This document shows, one piece after another, positions 46,157 to 56,011 of a stretch of 64,000 nt of DNA. The stretch lies in the NCBI GenBank assembly GCA_905612305.1, contig CAJQRK010000019.1:25811-89810 (forward strand), written 5' to 3'. The notes beneath the pieces were generated by a model. That model made no database searches and was not told the DNA's origin. It was given only the letters and a program-made list of their open reading frames with translations. A program made the translations under genes and the position numbers. Source of the DNA: an uncultured Flavobacteriales bacterium (GTDB lineage: Bacteria; Bacteroidota; Bacteroidia; Flavobacteriales; BACL11). Within the stretch, counting starts at the first letter, position 1, and every line of letters begins with the position of its first letter.

Positions 46157-47401
46157 TTAACGAGCAATAAGCTGTAAAGTGTTGCGAGATCTTTGTTCCA
46201 AAACCACATTCTTATCATGTAGAAATTGCTCAACAGATTCTTTGGTGTAATATCTTAATGTAAAAAGGCTTAAATTCTTATCACATAACACCTCAAAAAA
46301 TACCTTTAAATCTTCAATTAATTGTGGGATTTTATGATTGTCATTATCCACGCAAATAGAAAAAGAAATAGCTGAATTTTGCATCAAATTAACCCCTACT
46401 CTGTTTTTAGCTAAAATTGAAAAAATCTGACTCATATGATTCTCAACTATAAAAGCTAAATTCACTTCAGAAATAGAAATAAGAATCTGATTTTCTTTTA
46501 CAATAAAAGAAGGAATATTCGCATTTGAAACACCTTCTTTAATAATTGTTCCTTCATTTAATGGATGAAGAAAAGATTTGATTTGTAAAGGAATAGTTTT
46601 CTTTTTTAAAGGCTGAATGGTTTTAGGGTGCATCACTTTTGCACCAAAAAACGCCAACTCAATTGCATCATCAAACGAAACCTGATTCAATAATTGAGCC
46701 TGTTCAAAAACCTTTGGATCAGCATTCATCATTCCAGGAACGTCTTTCCAAATAACTACTTCTTTTGCGTCCAAACAATATGCTAAAATAGCCGCTGTAA
46801 AATCGCTTCCCTCTCTACCCAGAGTAGTAGTAAAATTCTCAGAAGTACAGCCAATAAAACCTTGAGTAATTGTGTGCTTTTCTTTTATGCTATTACTAAT
46901 AAGATCAGTTGTTATTTCCCAGTCAATTTTTGCATTCCGATAAGTATTATCTGTTCTAATTAAATTCCTTGCATCCTGCCATGAATTTTTAAAACCAATC
47001 TGCTGTAAATACGCACTCATTATTTGAGTAGATAAAAATTCTCCTATCGAAACAATTTGGTCATAATCGTAAGCATAATCCTGATTAGGCTCTTCTTCCA
47101 ACACCCACTCAATTTCAACAAATAAATTATTTACCACATCATAAATCGGGTGCGTTTCAGCAAGTAAATCATTCAAAATAGCTGAATGAAAATCCTTAAC
47201 TTTTCGTAAGGCCAAAACTGCTTTTTCATTTTGCAAAACATAAGCTTCCACTACTTCTTCTAACATATTAGTAACTTTCCCTATGGCAGAAAAAATAATG
47301 ACAAGGCTATCCGCATCATATTTCTGAAGAATTTCTCCTACGTTCCTTATACTCTGAACATCCTTTATTGATGCGCCACCAAACTTAAATACTTTTATCA
47401 T
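46157..47401 (-). CDS. Aspartate kinase
   Basis: KFGGASIKD N-terminus, TLGREGSDFTAA, and C-terminal ACT-like repeats. Confidence 0.9.
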   Translation of the reverse strand: MIKVFKFGGASIKDVQSIRNVGEILQKYDADSLVIIFSAIGKVTNMLEEVVEAYVLQNEKAVLALRKVKDFHSAILNDLLAETHPIYDVVNNLFVEIEWVLEEEPNQDYAYDYDQIVSIGEFLSTQIMSAYLQQIGFKNSWQDARNLIRTDNTYRNAKIDWEITTDLISNSIKEKHTITQGFIGCTSENFTTTLGREGSDFTAAILAYCLDAKEVVIWKDVPGMMNADPKVFEQAQLLNQVSFDDAIELAFFGAKVMHPKTIQPLKKKTIPLQIKSFLHPLNEGTIIKEGVSNANIPSFIVKENQILISISEVNLAFIVENHMSQIFSILAKNRVGVNLMQNSAISFSICVDNDNHKIPQLIEDLKVFFEVLCDKNLSLFTLRYYTKESVEQFLHDKNVVLEQRSRNTLQLIAR

Positions 47402-47495
47402 TTATCTTAAATATTCTAAGGCGAAAGTAAAGATTATTTTCTGATCAAATCCCTTTAAATTTTAGATATTTGCAAAGCCTAAAAAAACTAATTAT

Positions 47496-48686
47496 ATGAA
47501 AATAGCATTTCTAACTTCTGGCGGTATTGCCCCTTGCTTATCCGCTTCAATTGGCCGATTAACTGAGAATTATTTAACCAACTATCCTGACGTTGAAATT
47601 ATAGGGTATCTAAACGGATACAAAGGCTTACTACTTGGGGATTCAATTTCTTTCCCAAAATCATTATTAGGGAATACTGATAAATTCTATCAATTTGGAG
47701 GATCTCCAATAGGAAATAGTAGAGTAAAACTCACCAATATTGACGATTGTATAAAAAAAGGATATGTTAAAAATGGGGAAAATCCATTAGAAGTTGCTGC
47801 CAATCAATTAATAAAAGATGGGATTACTATTTTACACACTATTGGAGGAGATGATACCAATATCACTGCCGCTGACCTTTCTAGCTATTTGAAAGAAAAG
47901 AACTATAATTTGAAAGTAGTAGGCTTGCCAAAAACAGTTGACAATGATGTTTATCCAATCGCACAAACCTTAGGGGCTTGGACAGCAGCTGAACAAGGCG
48001 CTATCTTCTTTGAGAATGTAGCCAATGAAAACACAACTAGCGATAGGCAACTAATCATACATGAAATAATGGGAAGACATTGTGGTTGGCTAACTGCAGC
48101 TACTGCATTAGAATACCGAAAAAGATTAAACAATCTTCATTTCATGCCAGAAATTGGACTTAGTAAAGCAAAGTGGGAAGTACATTCAGTATTATTACCT
48201 GAAGATGAAATAGATTTTAAAAAAGAATGTGAACGTCTGAGCAAAGTGATGGACAAATACGATTGCGTGAATATCTTTTTAAGTGAAGGCGCGTGCATGG
48301 ATATTATTATTGCAGAGATAGAAAAAACTGGAGAAAAGGTTTTGCGAGATGCTTTTGGTCATGTTCGCTTAGATGATTTGAAACCAGGAGAATGGCTTGC
48401 CAAACAATTAGGAAAACGCCTAAATGCAAATAAAGTACTCGTGCAAAAAAGCGGTTATTTCGGACGTTCATCAAAAGCCAATCAGGCTGATTTAGACTTA
48501 ATTTTTGAAGTTGCTGACCATGCTGTAAAAAGTGCAGTAGCCGGAATAAATGGAGTTGTAGGTTGGGATGAAGATAATAACAACACCTTAAGCTGTATTG
48601 ATTTTAACAGAATAAAAGGCGGAAAACCATTTGACACTACACTGGCTTGGTACGTAAATATGATTCAAGAGATAAACGCTATATAA
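47496..48686 (+). CDS. pfp: Phosphofructokinase, predicted pyrophosphate-dependent (PFK-A family)
   Basis: GGDDT (aa 117-121) and PKTVDND (aa 145-151). The Asp and Lys at these positions are diagnostic of PPi-PFKs, whereas ATP-PFKs have GGDGS and PGTIDND. Confidence 0.8.
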   Translation: MKIAFLTSGGIAPCLSASIGRLTENYLTNYPDVEIIGYLNGYKGLLLGDSISFPKSLLGNTDKFYQFGGSPIGNSRVKLTNIDDCIKKGYVKNGENPLEVAANQLIKDGITILHTIGGDDTNITAADLSSYLKEKNYNLKVVGLPKTVDNDVYPIAQTLGAWTAAEQGAIFFENVANENTTSDRQLIIHEIMGRHCGWLTAATALEYRKRLNNLHFMPEIGLSKAKWEVHSVLLPEDEIDFKKECERLSKVMDKYDCVNIFLSEGACMDIIIAEIEKTGEKVLRDAFGHVRLDDLKPGEWLAKQLGKRLNANKVLVQKSGYFGRSSKANQADLDLIFEVADHAVKSAVAGINGVVGWDEDNNNTLSCIDFNRIKGGKPFDTTLAWYVNMIQEINAI

Positions 48687-51600
48687 TTGGGGAAACAAGC
48701 TCCATTATTAAGCTATTTTGGCGAGCCCAAACAAACTGATGCCATTCAATCAGCATTAGAAAAAGGGCAAACAAAAATTCAACTTACAGGATTAATTGGC
48801 TCTTCATTTGCCATTACAGCAAGTGCAGTCGTGCGCAATAGCAATACTCCACATCTTTTTATTTTTAGAGATAAAGAAGCTGCCTCCTATTTTGTAAATG
48901 ATATAGAGAGTCTGCTAAAAAATGAGGTTTTCTTTTTCCCAGCATCCTACAGAAGATCGTATCAACTAGAAGAAACGGATAATGCAAATATCTTGTTAAG
49001 AGCTGAAGTGCTTAACAAGCTAAACAATAAGCGCAACCCAATTATTATAACTTATTCTGAGGCTTTATCAGAAAAAGTAGTAAGCCGAAAAGAACTTAAA
49101 AAACATACCATTGGTCTAAAAGTTGGTGATGAAGTCGTGATAGATGAGCTAGAGAGAATTCTTCAAAATTTACATTTTGAGTCAGTAGATTTTGTAATTG
49201 AGTCGGGACAATATTCTATAAGAGGAGGGATTCTAGATGTTTATTCCTATGCGGATGAATACCCATTTAGAATAGAATTTTTGGACACTGAAATTGAAAG
49301 TATCCGAACCTTTGACATTAATAGTCAACTATCAATTGACAAACAAAGCAACATAACTATCACCCCAAATACTGAGGCAAAAAAAGGCAGTAATACGCAA
49401 GTAAGTTTATTGGAATACTTGCCAAAAAATTCAGTAATCTGGGCAAAAGACATAAAATACACCAAAGGAATTTTAGCCGATTATTCTTCTCGTGCAGAAG
49501 AACAATATGCGAAAGTTGTTGAAAAAGCAACTCAACACCTAAGCCCAGAACATTTGTTTACCAATTCTGAAAATTTTATTTCCGAATTAGAAAAATATTC
49601 AATAATTGAAAACAACAGCAATCCTTATTTTTTAGCAGATGAGAAAATTGAAGTAGATACCACTTCACTCACGAAAATAAACAAACAGTTTGATTTATTG
49701 AAAGAAGATTTACTAAAAAATAAAGAAGAGGGGTTAGAAAATATTATTCTCTGTTCGTCTGACGAACAAGAGGAAAGGTTCAATGCAATTTTTGAGCATA
49801 GTGAACAGGAGTTAAATTATAAATGCGTGCTATTTTCCTTACATGAAGGATATATTGACTACACCAACAAGCAGGCTGTGTATACCGATCATCAGATATT
49901 TGATAGGCATCATAAATTCAAATCAAAAACTAAATTTACTGACAAGCAAGCCATAACAATCAAACAACTGACCACCTTACAAGTTGGAGATTTTGTTACC
50001 CATATTGACCATGGTGTCGGATGTTTTGAAGGCTTACATAGAATAGAGAACAATGGCAGATATCAAGAAGTAATAAAACTGACCTATAAAGGCGGTGATA
50101 TCCTCTACATCAGCATACATTCCCTACATAAAATTGCAAAATTTTCAGGAAAAGAAGGAATACAGCCAAAGATCAATCAATTAGGCTCTCCCGCTTGGAA
50201 AACAACTAAACAAAAAACAAAAGTAAAAATAAAACAGATTGCCTTTAATCTGATCCAATTGTATGCCAAACGGAAATCTCAAAAGGGATTTCAGTACAGT
50301 CCTGATACTTATTTACAACATGAATTAGAAGCCTCTTTCATGTATGAAGATACTCCCGACCAAAGCAAGGCAACTATAGACATAAAGGAGGATATGGAAA
50401 AAGAAATGCCTATGGACCGTTTGATTTGCGGAGATGTTGGCTTTGGCAAAACCGAGATAGCGATCAGGGCAGCATTTAAGGCAGTAGCCGATAGCAAGCA
50501 AGTTGCTATTTTAGTACCAACTACTATTTTAGCACTGCAACATTTCAAAACTTTTAAGAAAAGATTAAAACATCTGCCTTGTACTGTTGATTATATCAAC
50601 AGATTTAAAACGCCAAAACAACAAAAAGAAACTTTAGATAGAGTGTCTCAAGGTAAAGTTGACATCTTAATCGGCACTCACAGAATAGTAGGAAAAGATG
50701 TGAGGTTCTTAGATTTAGGATTGATGATAATTGATGAGGAACAAAAATTTGGAGTAAACATTAAGGATAAACTAAAATTGTTTAAAGATAATATTGACAC
50801 CTTAACATTAAGCGCTACACCTATTCCCCGAACTTTACAATTTTCCTTATTGGGGGCAAGGGATTTGTCCGTAATTAACACCCCGCCGCCTAACAGGCAA
50901 TCGGTAGAAACTCAAATTATAGGATTAAATCAAGAACTAATCCGTAATGGAATTAGTTATGAAATGTCACGAAATGGACAAATATTCTTTGTCCATAACC
51001 GCATTGAAAACATAAAAGAAATAGCGGGGCTATTACAAAGACTTTGTCCAGACGCCAAAATACGAGTTGGACATGGACAAATGGATGGGAAAAAATTAGA
51101 GGAACTCATGATTGATTTTATGGAGGGAAATTTTGATGTTTTAGTTTCTACTACTATTATTGAAAATGGAGTAGACATCCCCAATGCAAATACTATCTTT
51201 ATAAATAATGCTCAGAACTTTGGATTAAGTGACCTGCACCAAATGAGAGGAAGGGTTGGGCGTTCTAACAAGAAAGCATTCTGTCATCTAATTAGCCCTC
51301 CGCTACACACTTTATCGGAAGAGAGCCGAAAACGACTCACTGCTTTAGAAAAATTCTCTACTCTTGGAAGTGGCTTTAAAATTGCTATGCGCGACTTAGA
51401 CATCAGAGGAGCTGGTGATTTATTAGGAGCTGACCAAAGCGGTTTCATTAATGAAATTGGTTTCGAGACTTATCAAAAAATATTGAATGAAGCTATTGAA
51501 GAACTCAAGCAAGAGAAATTCCAAGATTTATTTGAGAATGAAAAAGAAAAATTCTATGTAAAGGACTGCCAATTGGATACGGACTTAGAGATACTTATTC

Positions 51601-52013
51601 AAGATACTTATGTAAGTAATATAAGCGAGCGACTGAACCTCTACAAAGAATTAAACAACTTTACTACAGAGCCAGAAATTGAAGCTTTCATTAGCAGACT
51701 AAACGATAGGTTTGGAGATGCTCCTACTTCAATTTACAATATATGTGATGCCTTGCGATTAAGATGGTTTGCTAAAAAAATTGGTTTTGAACGCATTATT
51801 ATTAAAAATAAAGGCATGCGAGCTTACTTTCCTTCACAAGCTGATTCCCCTTATTATAACTCAGCTGCTTTTCAGCAAATATTAGAATATTTAAAGCATA
51901 ATTTTGGAGCTTGCAAGATGATTGAAAACAAAGGAAAACTCTCTATACTCATTAAAAACATCACTTCTATTGAAGGTGCCTTAGGTGTTTGCAAGAAAAT
52001 TATTGGAAAATAA
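48687..52013 (+). CDS. mfd: Transcription-repair coupling factor Mfd
   Basis: 1108 aa. It has a UvrB-homology N-terminus, a CarD/RID region (VGDFVTHIDHGVG), a DEAD-box helicase core (GDVGFGKTE, DEEQKFG) and a TRG motif. The start codon is TTG. Confidence 0.95.
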   Translation: MGKQAPLLSYFGEPKQTDAIQSALEKGQTKIQLTGLIGSSFAITASAVVRNSNTPHLFIFRDKEAASYFVNDIESLLKNEVFFFPASYRRSYQLEETDNANILLRAEVLNKLNNKRNPIIITYSEALSEKVVSRKELKKHTIGLKVGDEVVIDELERILQNLHFESVDFVIESGQYSIRGGILDVYSYADEYPFRIEFLDTEIESIRTFDINSQLSIDKQSNITITPNTEAKKGSNTQVSLLEYLPKNSVIWAKDIKYTKGILADYSSRAEEQYAKVVEKATQHLSPEHLFTNSENFISELEKYSIIENNSNPYFLADEKIEVDTTSLTKINKQFDLLKEDLLKNKEEGLENIILCSSDEQEERFNAIFEHSEQELNYKCVLFSLHEGYIDYTNKQAVYTDHQIFDRHHKFKSKTKFTDKQAITIKQLTTLQVGDFVTHIDHGVGCFEGLHRIENNGRYQEVIKLTYKGGDILYISIHSLHKIAKFSGKEGIQPKINQLGSPAWKTTKQKTKVKIKQIAFNLIQLYAKRKSQKGFQYSPDTYLQHELEASFMYEDTPDQSKATIDIKEDMEKEMPMDRLICGDVGFGKTEIAIRAAFKAVADSKQVAILVPTTILALQHFKTFKKRLKHLPCTVDYINRFKTPKQQKETLDRVSQGKVDILIGTHRIVGKDVRFLDLGLMIIDEEQKFGVNIKDKLKLFKDNIDTLTLSATPIPRTLQFSLLGARDLSVINTPPPNRQSVETQIIGLNQELIRNGISYEMSRNGQIFFVHNRIENIKEIAGLLQRLCPDAKIRVGHGQMDGKKLEELMIDFMEGNFDVLVSTTIIENGVDIPNANTIFINNAQNFGLSDLHQMRGRVGRSNKKAFCHLISPPLHTLSEESRKRLTALEKFSTLGSGFKIAMRDLDIRGAGDLLGADQSGFINEIGFETYQKILNEAIEELKQEKFQDLFENEKEKFYVKDCQLDTDLEILIQDTYVSNISERLNLYKELNNFTTEPEIEAFISRLNDRFGDAPTSIYNICDALRLRWFAKKIGFERIIIKNKGMRAYFPSQADSPYYNSAAFQQILEYLKHNFGACKMIENKGKLSILIKNITSIEGALGVCKKIIGK

Positions 52014-52132
52014 AAAGCTCATTACTAATCAACAATAAAAACAACTTATCAACAATTATTTTTTTACTAGTATTTCTACTTAGAAATCCTCTGGGATTTG
52101 AGTAAAATTGTAGTTAGTATTAAAAAACCAAA

Positions 52133-53656
52133 ATGTCAGAGAAAAGAGCAATCAAAAACGCACTAATTTCCGTATTCCATAAGGATGGATTAGGACCCAT
52201 AGTAAAAAAATTAAACAAGCTAGGGGTAAACATCTACTCAACAGGAGGTACGCAGAGTTTTATTGAAGAGCAAGGGGTAGCTGTTAACCGAGTAGAGGAC
52301 CTCACCACTTACCCATCCATTTTAGGTGGGCGAGTAAAAACTTTGCACCCAAATGTGTTCGGAGGAATTTTATCTAGAAGAGAAGTATCGAGCGATCAAG
52401 AACAATTGCAGCAATACAATATTCCTGAATTTGATGTGGTAATTGTTGACCTCTATCCTTTCGAGAAAGAAGTAGCTTCAGGAGCTGATGAACAAGATAT
52501 TATTGAAAAAATTGATATTGGGGGGATTTCATTAATCCGTGCTGCAGCAAAGAATTTTAAAGATGTGTTAATCGTTTCGGAAATGAGTCAATATGCTCAA
52601 ACTTTAGAGATGTTAAATGCCAATGGAGCAAGCTCCAATATAACAGAAAGAAAAAACTTTGCAGCAACAGCATTCAATGTTTCTTCGCATTATGATACTT
52701 CAATTTTTAATTATTTTAATGAAGGTAACGCACCTGTGTTTAAGCAAAGTATAAGAGAAAACAAAACCTTAAGATATGGAGAGAATCCTCATCAAAGAGG
52801 AACTTTTTATGGTAACTTAAATGAGATGTTTGAGCAATTAAATGGCAAAGAACTTTCTTACAACAATCTACTGGATGTTGATTCAGCCGTTAATTTAATT
52901 TCAGAATTTAACGAAACTACTTTTGTGGTATTAAAACATAATAATGCTTGTGGATTAGCAAGTCGTCCTAAATTAATTGATGCCTGGAAGGATGCTTTGG
53001 CAGGCGATCCTACTTCAGCTTTTGGAGGAGTACTTATCACCAACAAAGAAGTAGATTTAGTAACTGCTAAAGAAATAAACAAACTATTTTATGAAGTGCT
53101 AATTGCACCTTCATTTGCAGCTGATGCATTGGAACTCTTAAAAGGGAAAAAGAACAGAATACTTTTACAACAAAATGAAGTTATCCTGCCTAAAGCTCAA
53201 TTCCGTACAGTACTGAATGGCGTACTACATCAAGATAAAGATTTGAAAACAGATGCAGCAAACAATATGATTACCGTCACTGATCTTGCGCCAACTGAAG
53301 CTCAATTAACTGATCTTGTATTTGCATCAAAAGTATGTAAACACACCAAATCAAATACAATTGTATTTGCAAAAGGGAAGCAATTATTTGCTAGTGGAGT
53401 AGGACAGACATCAAGAATAGATGCCTTAAAACAGGCTGTAAATAAAGCGAATAATTTTGGCTTTCATTTGAATGGTTGTGTAATGGCATCTGATGCTTTT
53501 TTTCCTTTTCCTGATTGCGTGGAATTAGCGGAAAATGCAGGAATAAAAGCAGTGATACAGCCAGGCGGATCGATAAAAGATAAATTATCCATTGATTATT
53601 GCAATGAACACAATATGACAATGGTACTAACAGGAAGAAGACATTTTAAACATTAA
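52133..53656 (+). CDS. purH: Bifunctional AICAR formyltransferase / IMP cyclohydrolase
   Basis: ALISVFHKDGL, TGGTQSF, GGILSRR and the C-terminal QPGGSIKD motif. Confidence 0.97.
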   Translation: MSEKRAIKNALISVFHKDGLGPIVKKLNKLGVNIYSTGGTQSFIEEQGVAVNRVEDLTTYPSILGGRVKTLHPNVFGGILSRREVSSDQEQLQQYNIPEFDVVIVDLYPFEKEVASGADEQDIIEKIDIGGISLIRAAAKNFKDVLIVSEMSQYAQTLEMLNANGASSNITERKNFAATAFNVSSHYDTSIFNYFNEGNAPVFKQSIRENKTLRYGENPHQRGTFYGNLNEMFEQLNGKELSYNNLLDVDSAVNLISEFNETTFVVLKHNNACGLASRPKLIDAWKDALAGDPTSAFGGVLITNKEVDLVTAKEINKLFYEVLIAPSFAADALELLKGKKNRILLQQNEVILPKAQFRTVLNGVLHQDKDLKTDAANNMITVTDLAPTEAQLTDLVFASKVCKHTKSNTIVFAKGKQLFASGVGQTSRIDALKQAVNKANNFGFHLNGCVMASDAFFPFPDCVELAENAGIKAVIQPGGSIKDKLSIDYCNEHNMTMVLTGRRHFKH

Positions 53657-53668
53657 AAAATAGAGATT

Positions 53669-54691
53669 ATGGGATGGTTTGATTTTATGCAAGAAGCAAT
53701 TGCTATTGATTTAGGAACTGCAAATACACTAATTATTCATAACGACCAAGTTGTTGTGGACGAACCCTCAATTGTTGCAAAAAACATAAGGACAGGAGAG
53801 GTGGTTGCTATAGGAAAAAGAGCTCAACAAATGCATGGAAAAACTCACAAAGAAATAGAAACTTTGCGTCCGCTAAAGGATGGTGTTATTGCTGACTTTC
53901 AATCTTCTGAGCAAATGATAAGAGGATTTATTAAAATGATCCCAAGAAAGAAATCTATTTTTTCTCCTGCTTTAAAAATGGTAATCTGTATTCCTTCAGG
54001 AGTCACGGAGGTTGAAAAAAGAGCCGTAATTGATTCAGCCGAACATGCTGGAGCAAAAGATGTTTGGCTAATACATGAACCTATGGCAGCTGCAATTGGT
54101 ATTGGAATTGATGTATTGGAACCAAAGGGGAATATGGTGATTGATATTGGCGGTGGAACTACCGAAATTGCAGTTATTTCATTAGGAGGAATTGTTTGTG
54201 ATAAATCTATTCGAGTTGCTGGTGATGAGTTTACAGATAATATTAGAAATTACATGAAAACTAGGCATAATATTGCAATAGGGGACATTATGGCCGAACA
54301 AACAAAAATACATGTAGGTTCAGCTCTAACAGAGTTAGAAGAGCCTCCTGCAAATTACCCAGTTCATGGAAGAGATTTAATGAGTGGCAAACCAAAAGAA
54401 GTAATTGTAACTTATAAAGAAATTGCAGGAGCGCTTAACAATTCAATTGAGATGATTGAGGAAGCAGTTATGAGTGCATTATTTAACACTCCACCTGCAT
54501 TATCAGCTGACATTTACAATGAAGGGGTTTACTTAACTGGTGGCGGCTCAATGCTAAGAGGATTGGATAAGCGAATTGCCAGAAAAACAGATCTACCGGT
54601 TTATGTAGCTGAAGATCCCTTAAGAGCTGTGGCTAGAGGAACAGGGATTGCACTAAAAAACACTGAACACTATACTTTTCTAATTCAATAG
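53669..54691 (+). CDS. mreB: Rod shape-determining protein MreB
   Basis: IAIDLGTANTL, DIGGGTTEIAVIS. 340 aa. Confidence 0.97.
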   Translation: MGWFDFMQEAIAIDLGTANTLIIHNDQVVVDEPSIVAKNIRTGEVVAIGKRAQQMHGKTHKEIETLRPLKDGVIADFQSSEQMIRGFIKMIPRKKSIFSPALKMVICIPSGVTEVEKRAVIDSAEHAGAKDVWLIHEPMAAAIGIGIDVLEPKGNMVIDIGGGTTEIAVISLGGIVCDKSIRVAGDEFTDNIRNYMKTRHNIAIGDIMAEQTKIHVGSALTELEEPPANYPVHGRDLMSGKPKEVIVTYKEIAGALNNSIEMIEEAVMSALFNTPPALSADIYNEGVYLTGGGSMLRGLDKRIARKTDLPVYVAEDPLRAVARGTGIALKNTEHYTFLIQ

Positions 54692-54705
54692 ACAAATAAG
54701 AGAAG

Positions 54706-55515
54706 ATGCACAACCTAATACGGTTTATTAAACTGAATCAGTTTCTATTGTTATTCTTAATTATAGAAGGATTTTCTGTCTTTTTATTGCTTTCTAATAA
54801 TAGTTACCAAGCGAATAAAGCTATTAAATACAGCACGAAATATACCAGTTTGATTCATAATTATTCTCACTATTTTTCTGATTATGTGGCACTTAAACAA
54901 ACCAATGAATACTTGGTTACAGAAAATGCAAAATTACATTCCATACTGAGACAGGAAGAATCGTTTCATGATTCTATCCTTATTAAAAACAAAATATTCT
55001 CTTATCAAAGTGCAAAAATTATTAACAACTCTATTAATAAAAGAAATAATTTTATTACACTAAATAAAGGAAGAAAGCATGGAATTAAAGAGGGAATGGG
55101 TATAGTAACTCATAATGGAGTAATTGGCATTGTTCACTCTATTTCTGAAAATTATTCTATTGTTATTTCGCTTTTACATAGAAAATCAGCGGTAGGAATA
55201 AAAATGATGAGAAATAATCATAATGGAATTCTAAAATGGGAAGGATTTGATTACACGACAGCAAACATAACTAACTTCCCTAGCCACATCTTAATTAAAA
55301 AGGGAGATACAATTATTACAAATAACCACAGTATTGTTTTCCCAGAAGGAATAAATATTGGTAGAATAGCAGATTTTGAAAAAGATGAAGAAGGATATTA
55401 TAACGTAAAAGTCACCCTTTTTGAGGACTTTAATCAGCTTAACTTTGTATATATAGTTCATTCCATTGAAGCGGAAGAACAGCAGAACCTTGAAATAAAA
55501 ATAACGGATGACTAA
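54706..55515 (+). CDS. mreC: Rod shape-determining protein MreC
   Basis: Position after mreB, an N-terminal TM helix plus coiled coil (EN..L), and a beta-barrel core (VTHNGVIGIV). Confidence 0.85.
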   Translation: MHNLIRFIKLNQFLLLFLIIEGFSVFLLLSNNSYQANKAIKYSTKYTSLIHNYSHYFSDYVALKQTNEYLVTENAKLHSILRQEESFHDSILIKNKIFSYQSAKIINNSINKRNNFITLNKGRKHGIKEGMGIVTHNGVIGIVHSISENYSIVISLLHRKSAVGIKMMRNNHNGILKWEGFDYTTANITNFPSHILIKKGDTIITNNHSIVFPEGINIGRIADFEKDEEGYYNVKVTLFEDFNQLNFVYIVHSIEAEEQQNLEIKITDD

Positions 55516-56011
55516 ATTATACTTCAAATATCTTTCATTGCTTCCAATTTATATTTTGCTGCAAGTCTTCGTGCTTAATCAAGTACTGTTTTCCGCATAT
55601 ATCAATCCTTTTCTATACATCTTACTAATTATCAGCTTACCCTTAAAAACACCAAAATGGTTTTTGCTTATTTATGCGTTTTTATTAGGATTTTTTATTG
55701 ATTTATTTTCATCAAGCCTAGGCTTTCATTCAACAGCAAGTGTACTTATTGCTTTTTTAAAACCATTAATTAGTAAGATTACCATTCCATATAATATTTT
55801 AGGAGAGATGGATAAAATTAGTTTACAAAAGATTGGCACAAAAGCATATATCACTTTTTCTTTATTATTAATTCTAATTCACAATAGTTGTCTTTTCATT
55901 CTTGAACATTTAAATTTCAATTTTACCATTTTAAGTAAAGTTATCTCAAGTTCTGGCATTACTTTAATTATTATTCTTATTACTCAGCTGTTTATTTGGC
56001 AAAAGAAATGA
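55508..56011 (+). CDS. mreD: Rod shape-determining protein MreD
   Basis: 167 aa polytopic membrane protein, positioned between mreC and mrdA. Confidence 0.75.
   Translation: MTKLYFKYLSLLPIYILLQVFVLNQVLFSAYINPFLYILLIISLPLKTPKWFLLIYAFLLGFFIDLFSSSLGFHSTASVLIAFLKPLISKITIPYNILGEMDKISLQKIGTKAYITFSLLLILIHNSCLFILEHLNFNFTILSKVISSSGITLIIILITQLFIWQKK

Noticed and set aside
47402-47495. Lysine riboswitch or leader upstream of aspartate kinase.
   Set aside because: The gap is 94 nt and is shared with the divergent pfp promoter. That is far too short for an L-box of about 180 nt, and none of its conserved motifs is visible.
52014-52132. ZTP (pfl) riboswitch upstream of purH.
   Set aside because: The spacer is only 119 nt and very AT-rich. 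It lacks the GC-rich conserved ZTP cores such as GGGTCGTGAC and CCGCCTGGGC. The only feature is a small hairpin, AAATCC-TCTG-GGATTT.
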